Source of the DNA: Lingula anatina
Lineage: Eukaryota > Animalia > Brachiopoda
Length of the DNA: 64,000 bases
NCBI GenBank assembly: GCA_051362555.1
Contig: CM120642.1
Location: forward strand, 7,440,001-7,504,000
Direction: 5' to 3'
Made by a program: the position numbers and the translations under genes. This document shows positions 39,358-49,806 of this stretch, piece by piece. Position 1 is the first letter of the stretch, and every line of letters begins with the position of its first letter. A model generated the notes under the pieces. That model saw only the letters and a list, made by a program, of their open reading frames with translations. It ran no database searches and was not told the DNA's origin.

Positions 39358-42258
39358 CCCAGACAGCCTCAGTAATCTGGCCCACGTCTGGCCCAGATCT
39401 GGCAACGTCTGGCAATATCTGGGCCAGATTTTGCCAGACACTTGCCAGATCTGGGCCAAGTCTGGCAAAGTCTGGCATTTATGCCACATTTTGCCAGATG
39501 CTGCCCAGACTTGGGCCAGTGAGCTGAATGCATTGAACTGACGTCATTTGATAAATTTTGATTTAATTTATCTCTCTCTTTTTTCTTCAAAGTCCCCTCA
39601 TAAGTGTGCTATTTGTTTAATTTGACTTGACATTTGAATGAATTCACTGATCTAAAACTTTTTTGGACTACTCGTTCCGCTGTTGTAAGATTCCGCTTTT
39701 TATGCTAAGCCGGTCAAGGACCCGGATGTAGCGTTTCTTAGAGTTATGGATATGAAAAAAAGCACAAGCGTATCAAACTGATACAATTTCGTTGAGTGAT
39801 TTGATTCGTGGTGCGATTTATTTCGAAGGCATCAACACTGGCGACGAGGATAAACACTAGTGCAAAACTGTGAGTCAAGTTTCTTTGAAAAAAATGGAGA
39901 AAAAATGTGAAATTACGGAATTCGAACCGTACAGAAGTCCGGAGACATTATGGTCACGCTCGACGCGATGGCTAGACAGTTTAAACTCTTCGCTGACGGA
40001 AAAGATTGATCTTTTCAAAACCAACGAACGGCATGAATAATGAACAAAGATAGAAAATTAAAAATACATGACAAAGGAGACGCGCGCTTATGTTGTATTC
40101 AGCAGGGACAGGTGTACAACTTACAAGATATTTTCAGGACTCTCCCAAACACAGGTTAGAAACATGAATATACATAAGACAGTTAACGCTTTGAATGAAA
40201 TTGGAACACCAGAAACTGAGTATGATGAAACTGAAGTCATTTGACAAACCAAGCCAGTCTAAACATTACGAGTTTAGACATGAAAAACGAAGTAGAAACT
40301 CCCTGACTGAGAAAACATGGAACGTTGGATCACTTTGCAAAACTCTGCAAAACTGAAACTATTATTCATGTAAATGACAGCTTTGAACATGATAATCCAG
40401 GAGTGCATATACATTTGGTGTGGGAACCAATGCACAGAAGACATGGAGGAAATAGAGGAGGTGTTAATCTCAGTGTATTACCAGATTCAGGTGCATATTG
40501 TAATATCATTGATGAAAATACATGGAGAATGCTGAAATCCAAGAAAAATAAATGTGGCTCTTGTGGAGGACCAGAAAACAAACAGTATTATTCATACACG
40601 TCTGAGAAACCTTTAAAAGTGAAGGGAACATTTGAATATGACGTAAAGGCAAGCAAAGGAAGAGACCAGTAGTAGTGAAAGGACATGGGATTTGATATGA
40701 GTTGATTAGTTTTGAGAATTTTCAGTTTGGTTTAAGGAATAAAAGTTGGAGTTCATATGCTATTCTGCAAATGTTTGAAAAGACATTTTAAAGATTGAAC
40801 TGTCAATTAACATGTTTTGAAAGGACCGTTTCTCTCCAAGAAAGGAAGGGATGTTGTGTTTGGACTTGACATTTGAATGAACTTTTGTTAACTTGGTAGA
40901 GTTACTTGTTCCATTGTTGATTCCTTTAATAATTATAAGCTTGTCAAGGAGGCGGGTGTATCATTTCTTAGTGTTATGGATTTGAAAAAAGCGCAAGCAT
41001 TGCAAACTGGTTCAATTCATTGAGTGATTTGATTCGTGATGTGATTTAATTCAAAAGCATTGATACTGGGGTTTGTTTTTGTGCACATGTAATTCTCTTT
41101 TAATTGTACATCTATATCTGTGCTGGAGTATACATATTTTTTTTTTCAGAATTTACATGTATGTACAGTACTGTAGCCAGCATGCAAGTTGAATTGAAAC
41201 AGTTACTGCATGGTTATTTATAATTTTGTTATAACTCTCCATCATCTAAAAAAGAATGTTTTTTCATTCATTATTCAAGATTTATTCATTACAAAACTAT
41301 ATTCATTAGTGATTATTATTATTAATGATATGTTTGAATTAGTTTAAAAATGACAATGTATAATATTATTTAGGTTGAGGTGTGCAAAAATATTTCCCCC
41401 TCAAATCCCCCCCCCCCCCCCCCCATGTACATGCATAATTAAATTTTACAATTTTTGTAATTTGTGTTAATTCAGATTCGATGAGCAGCTTTGTGTTGAA
41501 AAAAAAATTGTTGTTATAACTGTATTCTTTACATGTATGTAAGTGACATTTCCTCCTGTTAAGTGTCTGTATATTTGCCTTTTTGCAGTGTGGTTTTTTT
41601 TTTTTTTTTTCAAACATACAAATTGTTTTGTACAAAAAGACAAGGAGTGGCCCTTAATTTGTTGCATGTTAGTTGCCAGCAAGATTAATATAATGTGTAA
41701 TAATTTTGTTTAGGGTTTTAGCACAGAATAAATACTTGAATCTTGAATCTTGTATGTCTTTTTTATAGTTATCTTATTGAATAATTAAAAATAATTAAAA
41801 AAAGAAAAAAAAAAAAACAATCTGGGCCATATGTGGTCCATGTCTGGCCCTAATCTGGCCCACATCCGGCATGCCATACCTTTGCCAGATATTGCCAGAT
41901 CTGGGCCAGATCTGGCCACATGAGCAAATGTGAAATAATAAAAAAAAAACAATCTGGGCCATATGTGGTCCATGTCTGGCCCTAATCTGGCCCATTTAAA
42001 TATGATCTGGCCCACATCTGGTCCACATCTGGCATGCCATACCTTTGCCAGATATTGCCAGATCTGGGCCGACATCTGGCCATATGAGCAAATGTGGACT
42101 GGGCCAGATGTGGCAATGTCTGGGCCAGATCTGGCCCAAACATTGCCACATCTGGCCCACATCTGGCAAGCCATACATGGGCCATACCTTTTGCCAGACA
42201 TTGCCAGACGTTGCCAGATCTGGGCCAGATGTGGGCCAGATCACTGAGGCTGTCTGGG
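39358..42258. mobile_element. CCC-ended DNA transposon (CMC/EnSpm-like) with CCAGATCTGG palindrome arrays
   Basis: TIR CCCAGACAGCCTCAGT; TSD ATT (39355-39357, 42259-42261); arrays 39375-39518 and 41820-42240. Confidence 0.9.
40325..40672 (+). pseudogene. Gypsy gag zinc-knuckle end plus aspartic protease fragment inside the transposon
   Basis: HFAKLCK (CCHC tail) then VLPDSGAYCNIIDENTW...YSYTSEKPLKVKGTF; inverted paralog of 36170-36520. Confidence 0.72.
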
Positions 42259-45200
42259 ATTGTTTTTTTTTTTTTTTTTTTTTTTTGCGATTTTACTTTT
42301 GGTCTAGCTTGGATACGACAATTGACAATTTTCATGAGTTCCGATCGAAAAGTGTTACGCTTGTTACGGCCAAAAGCCTTACTGCTTTTTGTACTTTTCA
42401 AATGCAAGATTATAAAAGAATTTGGTGTGTTTAGATTCTTGAACATCTTGGTCGTGGCGTGGTATATATTGCATGGATACTGCTCCAATATTTCTTGAAA
42501 AAAATAACCTGATTTGTTCAGAATACCAATTTTTTACTCTAGTGTTATGGGTAAATGTACCATTTTGGCCTTTACCTTTTTCATGTTTAAATCTAAAAAG
42601 ACTTATCATGACAGTTGGTCATCGTTTTTCTTCTCGCCATGGTGGGTGGCTTTGGAGTGGTAACTTTGTTGTTAAAGTAAAGTGCTCAGTTTTTTTGACT
42701 GGAAAATTTTGCCTCCACCCGGCATATTTTCCATCATGGCGGTCTAACAGGAAGTTTGACTTCATGGCATAGTTATTTTTAACTTCTTCTTTTTACATAT
42801 ATATGTTTTAATTCATGTTAAACCTTTGAAAAAAGAACACACATGAATCCTGGTGCTTTTAATTTAAAGTCTTAAGGTTTTAAGTTCACCTAGGCTCCAC
42901 CAATTACTTTACCTGTTATCTCACTACACATCTCCCTTTGAGTCAAGGTGTGTAAGACACACCTTATTGTGTAAGACACCTCTATAATTAAGGGGTACTT
43001 GCTTCTCTACTTTAATTATACTTCACTACTTTGGCATGTTAGGTGGCAAGCTTGGATGTTTCAGTTCATTTTAAGAAAGAAGCTTTGCCTTGGTGGTTAC
43101 AAAAGAATAGAACTCTATAAAGGTTTATTCATTACTTGAAAGTAAATATTTCATCTTGCAGTGTTGAAACAGAAATTCTCTCAAAATTGATAATGAATTT
43201 TACATGCATATCTTAACACTACTCAAGTTTTTTTTTCTTCTATTATAGACATGGGAGAAAGCTGCATTGAATATATGAATTATGGTCAGGCTGGAAAAAA
43301 ATTTAAAAATGTCAATGAAAAAAGGAGGTCAGCGTGTCTGGGGTAAGTTACTTTTGTCATAATGCCTAAGATGCATTAAACATTCACTAACAACAGTACA
43401 CTTTTTAATTTTTTTCAAAATACCTGTACAACAACCTTGGGCATTTTCCTTTTAGCAACCGGCCTCTCTGAAATCCCCTTTTTGTCCTGTCAGAAGAGTA
43501 GGAACCAGGGCGGATTTAAATAATTTCTTGTAATAAGTACAATTTCTTTCAATTTCTTGGGGTTATTAGCTTGTGATCATGAATCTTGATATTCTACATA
43601 AATTTAGTTGTAAATTGTTCATTTATGTGGTGAACATTATTTCAGTCAAGTCATAACAAGACACATTAAACTTCACTGCGTAATTCCATAATGTCTACAT
43701 GGATACTAGTAGTTCATAATGCTATTATTATGTTTTTTTTTCTAACCTACAGGTTTCTCTCTTTTCTGAGTGGCATGGCATTGGCAGGCAGAAGAAAAGG
43801 CTCTGAAGAAATTCTCACTTGGTTTGTCCTTTTTGGAGAAGAAACTGGATAAGACTGGCCAACAGAGATTGCATTAAATTAATAGTGCTCCTTCATGACA
43901 TTTTAAAATATTTTCAGTCACCTCACTGACTCTATACATTTCAAAAGTTGACATAAATTTTATGTTACTGTCACGTGGAAAAAAATCAAAACCTGAGTGC
44001 CATGGTATAACAGTCTACTTGATTGCCAGTAAAATTTGGACTGTTTCAGTGAAATTTCTTTAAAGCAGTCACTTACTGGCCCAGTTAATTTCTTCAGCTG
44101 TAACATGTACTCCAGTTCATTTTATAAATGTAATTACTAAGTGTTCTCTTGATTTATAATAACCTTTTGAAAATCCCATGTTTTTTATCCTATTTGTAAG
44201 AATTAGCCACTTTATCTTCTAGGTTTTTTTTTTCATTCAGCCCATTAGATTCTCAGACCTTGCTGGCCTGTGAGTGGAATAGTATCTGGCACAGACTGGT
44301 ATCAGCAAGTCAGATAAAAAAGAATATAATTATTTCTATTTGCACGGTTGAAAAAAATTTTAACACACTGCATAAAACTGGAAAACTATAGCAACTTAAT
44401 CATTCTTATGACTTCATTAATTACTGCTTATGTGTAAAATTTTGTTTTTGTTCTTCTATTGATATAATAAAATGGTTTTACTCACAGATGCTACTATCAT
44501 GATGCTTGAGTATAGAGTTGACTTAAAAGATATTTTAAGTTAATATAGTAAATAATAGTTTGAAATTCAAAATTCTCATCTTTATTTGTTTCACTTTAAA
44601 GAGCTCAGTTAATACTAAAATTTCTGATATATTTTGAATATAAATATATTTATGAATGAATAAAAATTATACTTAATGTTTAGCACTGTGCACTTGTTTA
44701 CCGACAAATAAGAAGTGTTAGTATGTGTCAAAATAATCCTGAAAATAAAAAGGGAGATTTCCAAGATAAAGAAATTTATAACGAGTATTTAGTAAACTGA
44801 CATGTCATGGAATTGCCTCAACCTTTGATTAAAATTTCACTTTAATGCATTATGATATTAAAATTATACCGAGTGAGAGAAAAAAATACTTAAAGAAATT
44901 AAAAACCAGTCACAAAGCTTAGGCTCTATCTCAATATATATGTTTATGGGACCAAAGGGCAGGGGGGTCCAAACGTTTATGTATTAATATTATGCCCTTT
45001 GGCAGTGAGGACAGACGTTCACTTGAATGTCATTTTCACAAACCACAGTTGGGACGTTTTCTTTTGACTTATCCTTGGTGATTTTTCACTGTGTTGTGCA
45101 AAAGAAAAGCCATCTATCACCGACTCAAAAAAACTCATGGCGACCATCCTCAGTCACCACCTTATAATCGCTTTCTATGATATCGTTCTCTCCCAGCACA

Positions 45201-45439
45201 TCGTCCAGATAACTACCGGTGAAAAAAATCGTCAGCATACAGCGCCGCTTTGACACTACTGATCTCGAATTCTAACGCGAAATAACGCATATAAAATCAA
45301 TCTCCAAGCGGAGGAGAGCGACCCTGACGAAACCTTGAGACAGGAGGCCCCCCCCATAGCTAGCTCCGCCCACCGTAACAGACATCAGACAATAGAGAGG
45401 CTTGCGTGTAATCTCCTTCTGTTATAACTCCTTGATTAA

Positions 45440-46030
45440 AACCAATGCTGTCACTATTTTCGTCGATCGTGTAACTATTCTCGTCGATCGTCTAATCTCG
45501 TCGATCGTCCCACTAATCTCGTCGATCGTGTAACTATTCTCATCGATCGTCTAATCTCGTCGATCGTCTCATCGATCGATCGCCAGAGGGCGCTGCGGTA
45601 GCACATTGGCCTATCACATGACTATCAAAATGGCAGACAACAAAATGATAGCTAGTGAAATAAGAACATTTTCTCAACAATTTCAATTTTAGTTGTTAAT
45701 AATTAAAATCTATTCGGTTGTAGGGACATTATTTTCTAGTTGTTTTCAACTCTGACCATGGCTGGCTGAGTAAAAAATTTGCGTGATTGACAGACAGAAG
45801 CACGTGTTGCTACCGCAGCGCCCTCTGACGATCGATCGATGAGACGATCGACGAGAATAGACGATTGATGAAAATAGTTACACGATCGACGAGATTAGAC
45901 GATCGATGAGAATAGTTACACGATCAACGAGATTAGACGATCGACGAGAATAGTTACACGATCGACGAAAATAGTTTGACGATCGACGAGAATAGTTACA
46001 CGATCGACGAAAATAGTGACAGCATTGGTT
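45440..46030. mobile_element. Foldback MITE with CGTCGATCG arrays, flanked by TTAA
   Basis: Arms AACCAATGCTGTCACTATTTTCGTCGATCG... inverted over about 160-220 bp; TTAA at 45436-45439 and 46031-46034 (palindromic, so the exact TSD is ambiguous). Confidence 0.85.
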
Positions 46031-46254
46031 TTAATACACCATAGATGAGAAATGTTTGACAATTGAATTGACGAAAGTAGATGTTGAATTTATGACAGGA
46101 TCGTTTAAACTTGAAACTGAATCGATAGGAAGGCAGTGAATCGACGAAACCTAACTGAATCGACGACATGATTTTTTGCCCTTTTGGCCGCCCATATGGA
46201 TCAACAAAGATAATTTGGAAGACTGTCAGAAAAAATCTCTGGATCCGCCCCTGT

Positions 46255-46463
46255 GTTTACTAACGCTATCTACAGATTTTTTAGCACTAATGCCCATATT
46301 AACCACAAAACACAAATTAACCAGCACACCATACAATTATTTACCACCAACAAAGCGACACCTAGCACTAAAATTCATTTGCTCTGGTAGTGCTGGTTAA
46401 TTTGTGGTTTATGTGGTTAATATGGGTGTTAGTGCTAAAAGATCTGTGGGTAGTGTTTGTAAA
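46255..46463. mobile_element. Old palindromic MITE
   Basis: About 75-bp degenerate inverted arms (TTAGCACTAATGCCCATATTAACCAC / GTGGTTAATATGGGTGTTAGTGCTAA). Confidence 0.65.
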
Positions 46464-47788
46464 TGCCTAATCTGTTTATAAGGTCTGAGGCTGCTTTGCT
46501 GTGGTGCCAAGTATGTTATGTTGACCTCCCAGCCCGACTCATCATGTTGACCTTCAATAGGAAAGATAGGTTGAATGAGATGCCACATAAGTTCAGTAGG
46601 CCTGTTGAGCACTTTTACTTTTTCCAATAGAATTATGCATTTTGTAATTTTTATACCATGATCATGTCCTGATACAGTACAATACAACCATTGATTAATT
46701 CATCTGTAGACAGCCCCCCCCCCCCCCAATAAAAAAATTAATATTCAAAATGGAAGGAGTTCAGTTTCTACAAAAAGTAATAACTAAGGCCAAATTGTAT
46801 TCAGTTGTATATTCAATATAGAATTTATTTTCATTTTTTTCACAGCAACTGTTCCCCTGACCGTGGATTAAAGGGCCATGATCAACCAATGCCGAAAATT
46901 GATGGACCTGGGCAAAGAAAACAAAATATCCCATTGGTCTAGTAATGAAAAGCAATTAACACTTAAATGGCATGTATACAATTCAAATTAAATTGTACAG
47001 ACTTTCAGATAAATAGGAAATGCAAAGGGTGTGGATTCCAAGATTGAGCTAGATTTAATTTCATTACATCCTCTAAAGAAAAAGCTGTTTTAACAGTCAT
47101 TGCTTTATTTGTAATAGGACAAGATACCTAAAAGAGTTGTTTTGATGATATTTTTAAAAGTTTTTCATTGCCTTTTTGTTGGCAGAGGTTTGCACTCATG
47201 GGATGCTCCCTAATTCAGATTTTAAACTGGGTTCCCATGCCTAGAACAATCCAACTGGATCGTTCTAACTCCATGGGAATTCACACTAAATTGTTATCAA
47301 TTTAAGCAGCTGTCAAGCCTACTGAATCAACTAGGGGGTAATTAACTTAATTAACTTTAGTGTATGCTCAGTTAAATACCCCCTACCAGCTTTAGTAGGC
47401 ATGATGGACATTTAAGCCGCTTAAGTTGATAGCAATTAGCAGTGAGAATCCCTTTGGAGACATATCGATCTTAAGTTAGTATGACAGTTTCTGGGAATGG
47501 TCTCTTAGTTTATGTGTAACAAGTCTGTACAATGCTGCTGCTGTATTGAATGGTATTGAATAACTAACCAATGGCATGTAGTTGAATGGAAGTAATCAGA
47601 TTACCCGAGACCAATTTTTTACTAGATCATGCCTTGAACTAATTTTCCCTTCACAGTGAAACCAATAATTGTTTTTAAAATATCTTATGTAATTTTCTAT
47701 GTGGAATAAATGTAGCTACATGTATAAATGAAGAAAGTTTGTTACTATTTCCTATAATTATTATACTAACAGTTAAAGGTTAATATTT

Positions 47789-47985
47789 AAGACTGGATTC
47801 CCACAGATTAAGATTGATCCATCTGGATCTACCTAACTCCCTGGGAGTTCACGCTAAATGCATTGCTGTCAGCTGAGTGTGCACGAAAGTTAATTACCCC
47901 CTTACAGCTTTTAGTAGGCGGGACAGACATTTAAGCTGGCTTTCCACAGGGATAGATTGATCTAAAATCTGTGGAAATGCAGTCT
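47789..47985. mobile_element. Small old MITE; related copy at about 47225-47505
   Basis: AGACTGGATTCCCACAGATT / AATCTGTGGAAATGCAGTCT; both copies share CTAACTCC and TACCCC...AGCTTTAGTAGGC. Confidence 0.55.
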
Positions 47986-48034
47986 AAGTTTTGAAATAAA
48001 AAAGATGCCTTTTACATGCACATTTCTCAGAGCA

Positions 48035-48814
48035 GAGTCATTCTATATAATTCTGGTATGCCAATTGTTTTTCTATAAATTTACATATCGCGTTCAAACT
48101 GTAACTGGATGATACACCTGCTGTATCTACCCAATTATACATAAAGGAAAGTTTGGCGTAGTCAAACGACATTTTATGGCGACAACAATCTCCAGAGAGC
48201 TTATTTAAGCACATGTGCATTCTGCTCATGCTCAATTGTGCCCTAGAGGGGTAATCTCCTTAGAGGCACATGTTGCTACTTATACCATGGGGCATCACTG
48301 CCTGGCCTCATTTTGCTTGATTCATTCTGTTCACGAGCATGATACAATTAAGCTACAAGTTATCTCAAATCTGCAACTGAAATCTTCAGTTCCAAAAATT
48401 TCATTTCACCTCTATGAGAACTTTCCAGCAGTTCACTCGATCTGTTGAAGCGTACAGTGACAGATTCTGCACAACTTCAAGCAAGGATCAACAGTACAAA
48501 TTGCTGACTGTTACATGAATGCGGTAAGTTTTAGTTTCTCTAGCTATTTAGCAGTTGCAGTTTACAATATGTTCTTTATCCAGGAGTCGCTTGTTTGCTC
48601 CGATAGCGGTCACTGCGACTGCACAAAGAAATTAAGGGTCCTTGCGTGTAGAATCTCCAGTCACCTGATGACATAGGCGGACGCAATGTCCCGAAATTTA
48701 ATGGAGTCATTCTATATAATTCTGGTATGCCAATTGTTTTTCTATAAATTTACATATCGCGTTCAAACTGTAACTGGATGATACACCTGCTGTATCTACC
48801 CAATTATACATAAA
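48035..48814 (+). repeat. 111-bp identical direct repeats 669 bp apart flanking a 558-bp core
   Basis: GAGTCATTCTATATAATTCTGG...CAATTATACATAAA at 48035-48145 and 48704-48814. Confidence 0.9.
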
Positions 48815-49345
48815 TACATAGTTATATACATACAAATGCACAGTTCATAGTACAAACAATCCATCAGTGAATTAAGTGCATCCAATGATATTAATTCTGA
48901 AATGGGTTAAATATATGCATATAAGGTACAGCCACATTATATAATCCATCAGCAAATAAACAAAAGCTCATTTAATGAAATAAATCCTGGAATAGGTTAA
49001 AAATAGAAATAAAGTACGGTTTAAAAAAGAACATTTATATATTAATATATTAATCCATCAGCAAAATTGCAAAAAGCACACCTAATGGCACAATTAATTC
49101 TAAAATGCATTGGTTTAATTGGAATCTCAAATAACTTGCATGAAAAAATAAAGTTTATATCATTATTAAAATTTTAACCTTTTTTTCTAAAAATGCAAAA
49201 TTATACCAAAATCATCTTTTGGTGATCAATGTTACCACTAAAAATAACTTCAAATGACAGCAGTCAAAAATATAAACATTAAAAAAAAATGCATGATTTA
49301 CCAAACTATACAAATTTTATGGATGGAAACAACTGGCACATTGGC

Positions 49346-49351
49346 TTTATT
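49346..49351 (-). terminator. Candidate polyadenylation signal of the Roco gene
   Basis: AATAAA on the minus strand about 120 nt after the stop; weak evidence in AT-rich DNA. Confidence 0.3.
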
Positions 49352-49470
49352 TAAATATCACACATACAATTTGGATTGTACTTTGCTTTAAAAAAAAGTG
49401 CATATATTATATATTTGTATAAATACATAATGTTTAAATACATAAATAATCTTGCATTAAAGCTGATTGA

Positions 49471-49806
49471 TTATGTTGCATCCACTGATTTTTTATTCTC
49501 CTTAGAATCGCGCTTAGGTACAAGTTTGTCTGCAATGTGACCTTGACCTGTGGTTTTCAATGCCACTTTGAAGTGCCACGTTGGATCCTTAGTACAGTCA
49601 CAGGACAATAGTGCCTCGATCAAAGCATCACATGCTTCTTGAGGTGATATTTCATCAGCCTTTTTAATTTCTTCCATCTGGTTTTCACCTATTACATCCT
49701 TCTCATACAAATAATCCAACAAACGAACTGGGTTGCAGATATTTTCTTTGACAAATGTTTTGTTCCTACGTAGACATCCAAACTCGGCTTCCCTATTATT
49801 ACATAC
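49471..49806 (-). CDS. Roco last exon: CARD-like death-fold domain
   Basis: LRRNKTFVKENICNPVRLLDYLYEKDVIGENQMEEIKKA...ACDALIEALL...FKVALKTTGQGHIADKL follows the CARD six-helix pattern; tttcag acceptor; TAA stop. Confidence 0.85.
   Translation of the reverse strand, partial: VCNNREAEFGCLRRNKTFVKENICNPVRLLDYLYEKDVIGENQMEEIKKADEISPQEACDALIEALLSCDCTKDPTWHFKVALKTTGQGHIADKLVPKRDSKENKKSVDAT

Larger units (their letters stand above)
38663..45434. mobile_element. P/Galileo-like non-autonomous element, copy B (inverted relative to A; about 3.9 kb without its insert)
   Basis: Same 31-bp TIR at 38663 and ending 45434; left flank GTATGAT; no transposase ORF seen. Confidence 0.82.

Noticed and set aside
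41785-42498. Many overlapping ORFs with ARSGPD/WPTSG repeats
   Set aside because: Translations of the stop-poor CCAGATCTGG array on both strands.
22891-45434. One 22.5-kb element with 2.2-kb TIRs (Polinton/foldback-like)
   Set aside because: Two further TIRs at 38053 and 38663 show two separate inverted copies; no polymerase, integrase or capsid ORF; outer flanks do not match.
48035-48814. LTR pair (TRIM)
   Set aside because: Repeats lack TG...CA ends; no primer-binding site or flanking TSD recognised.
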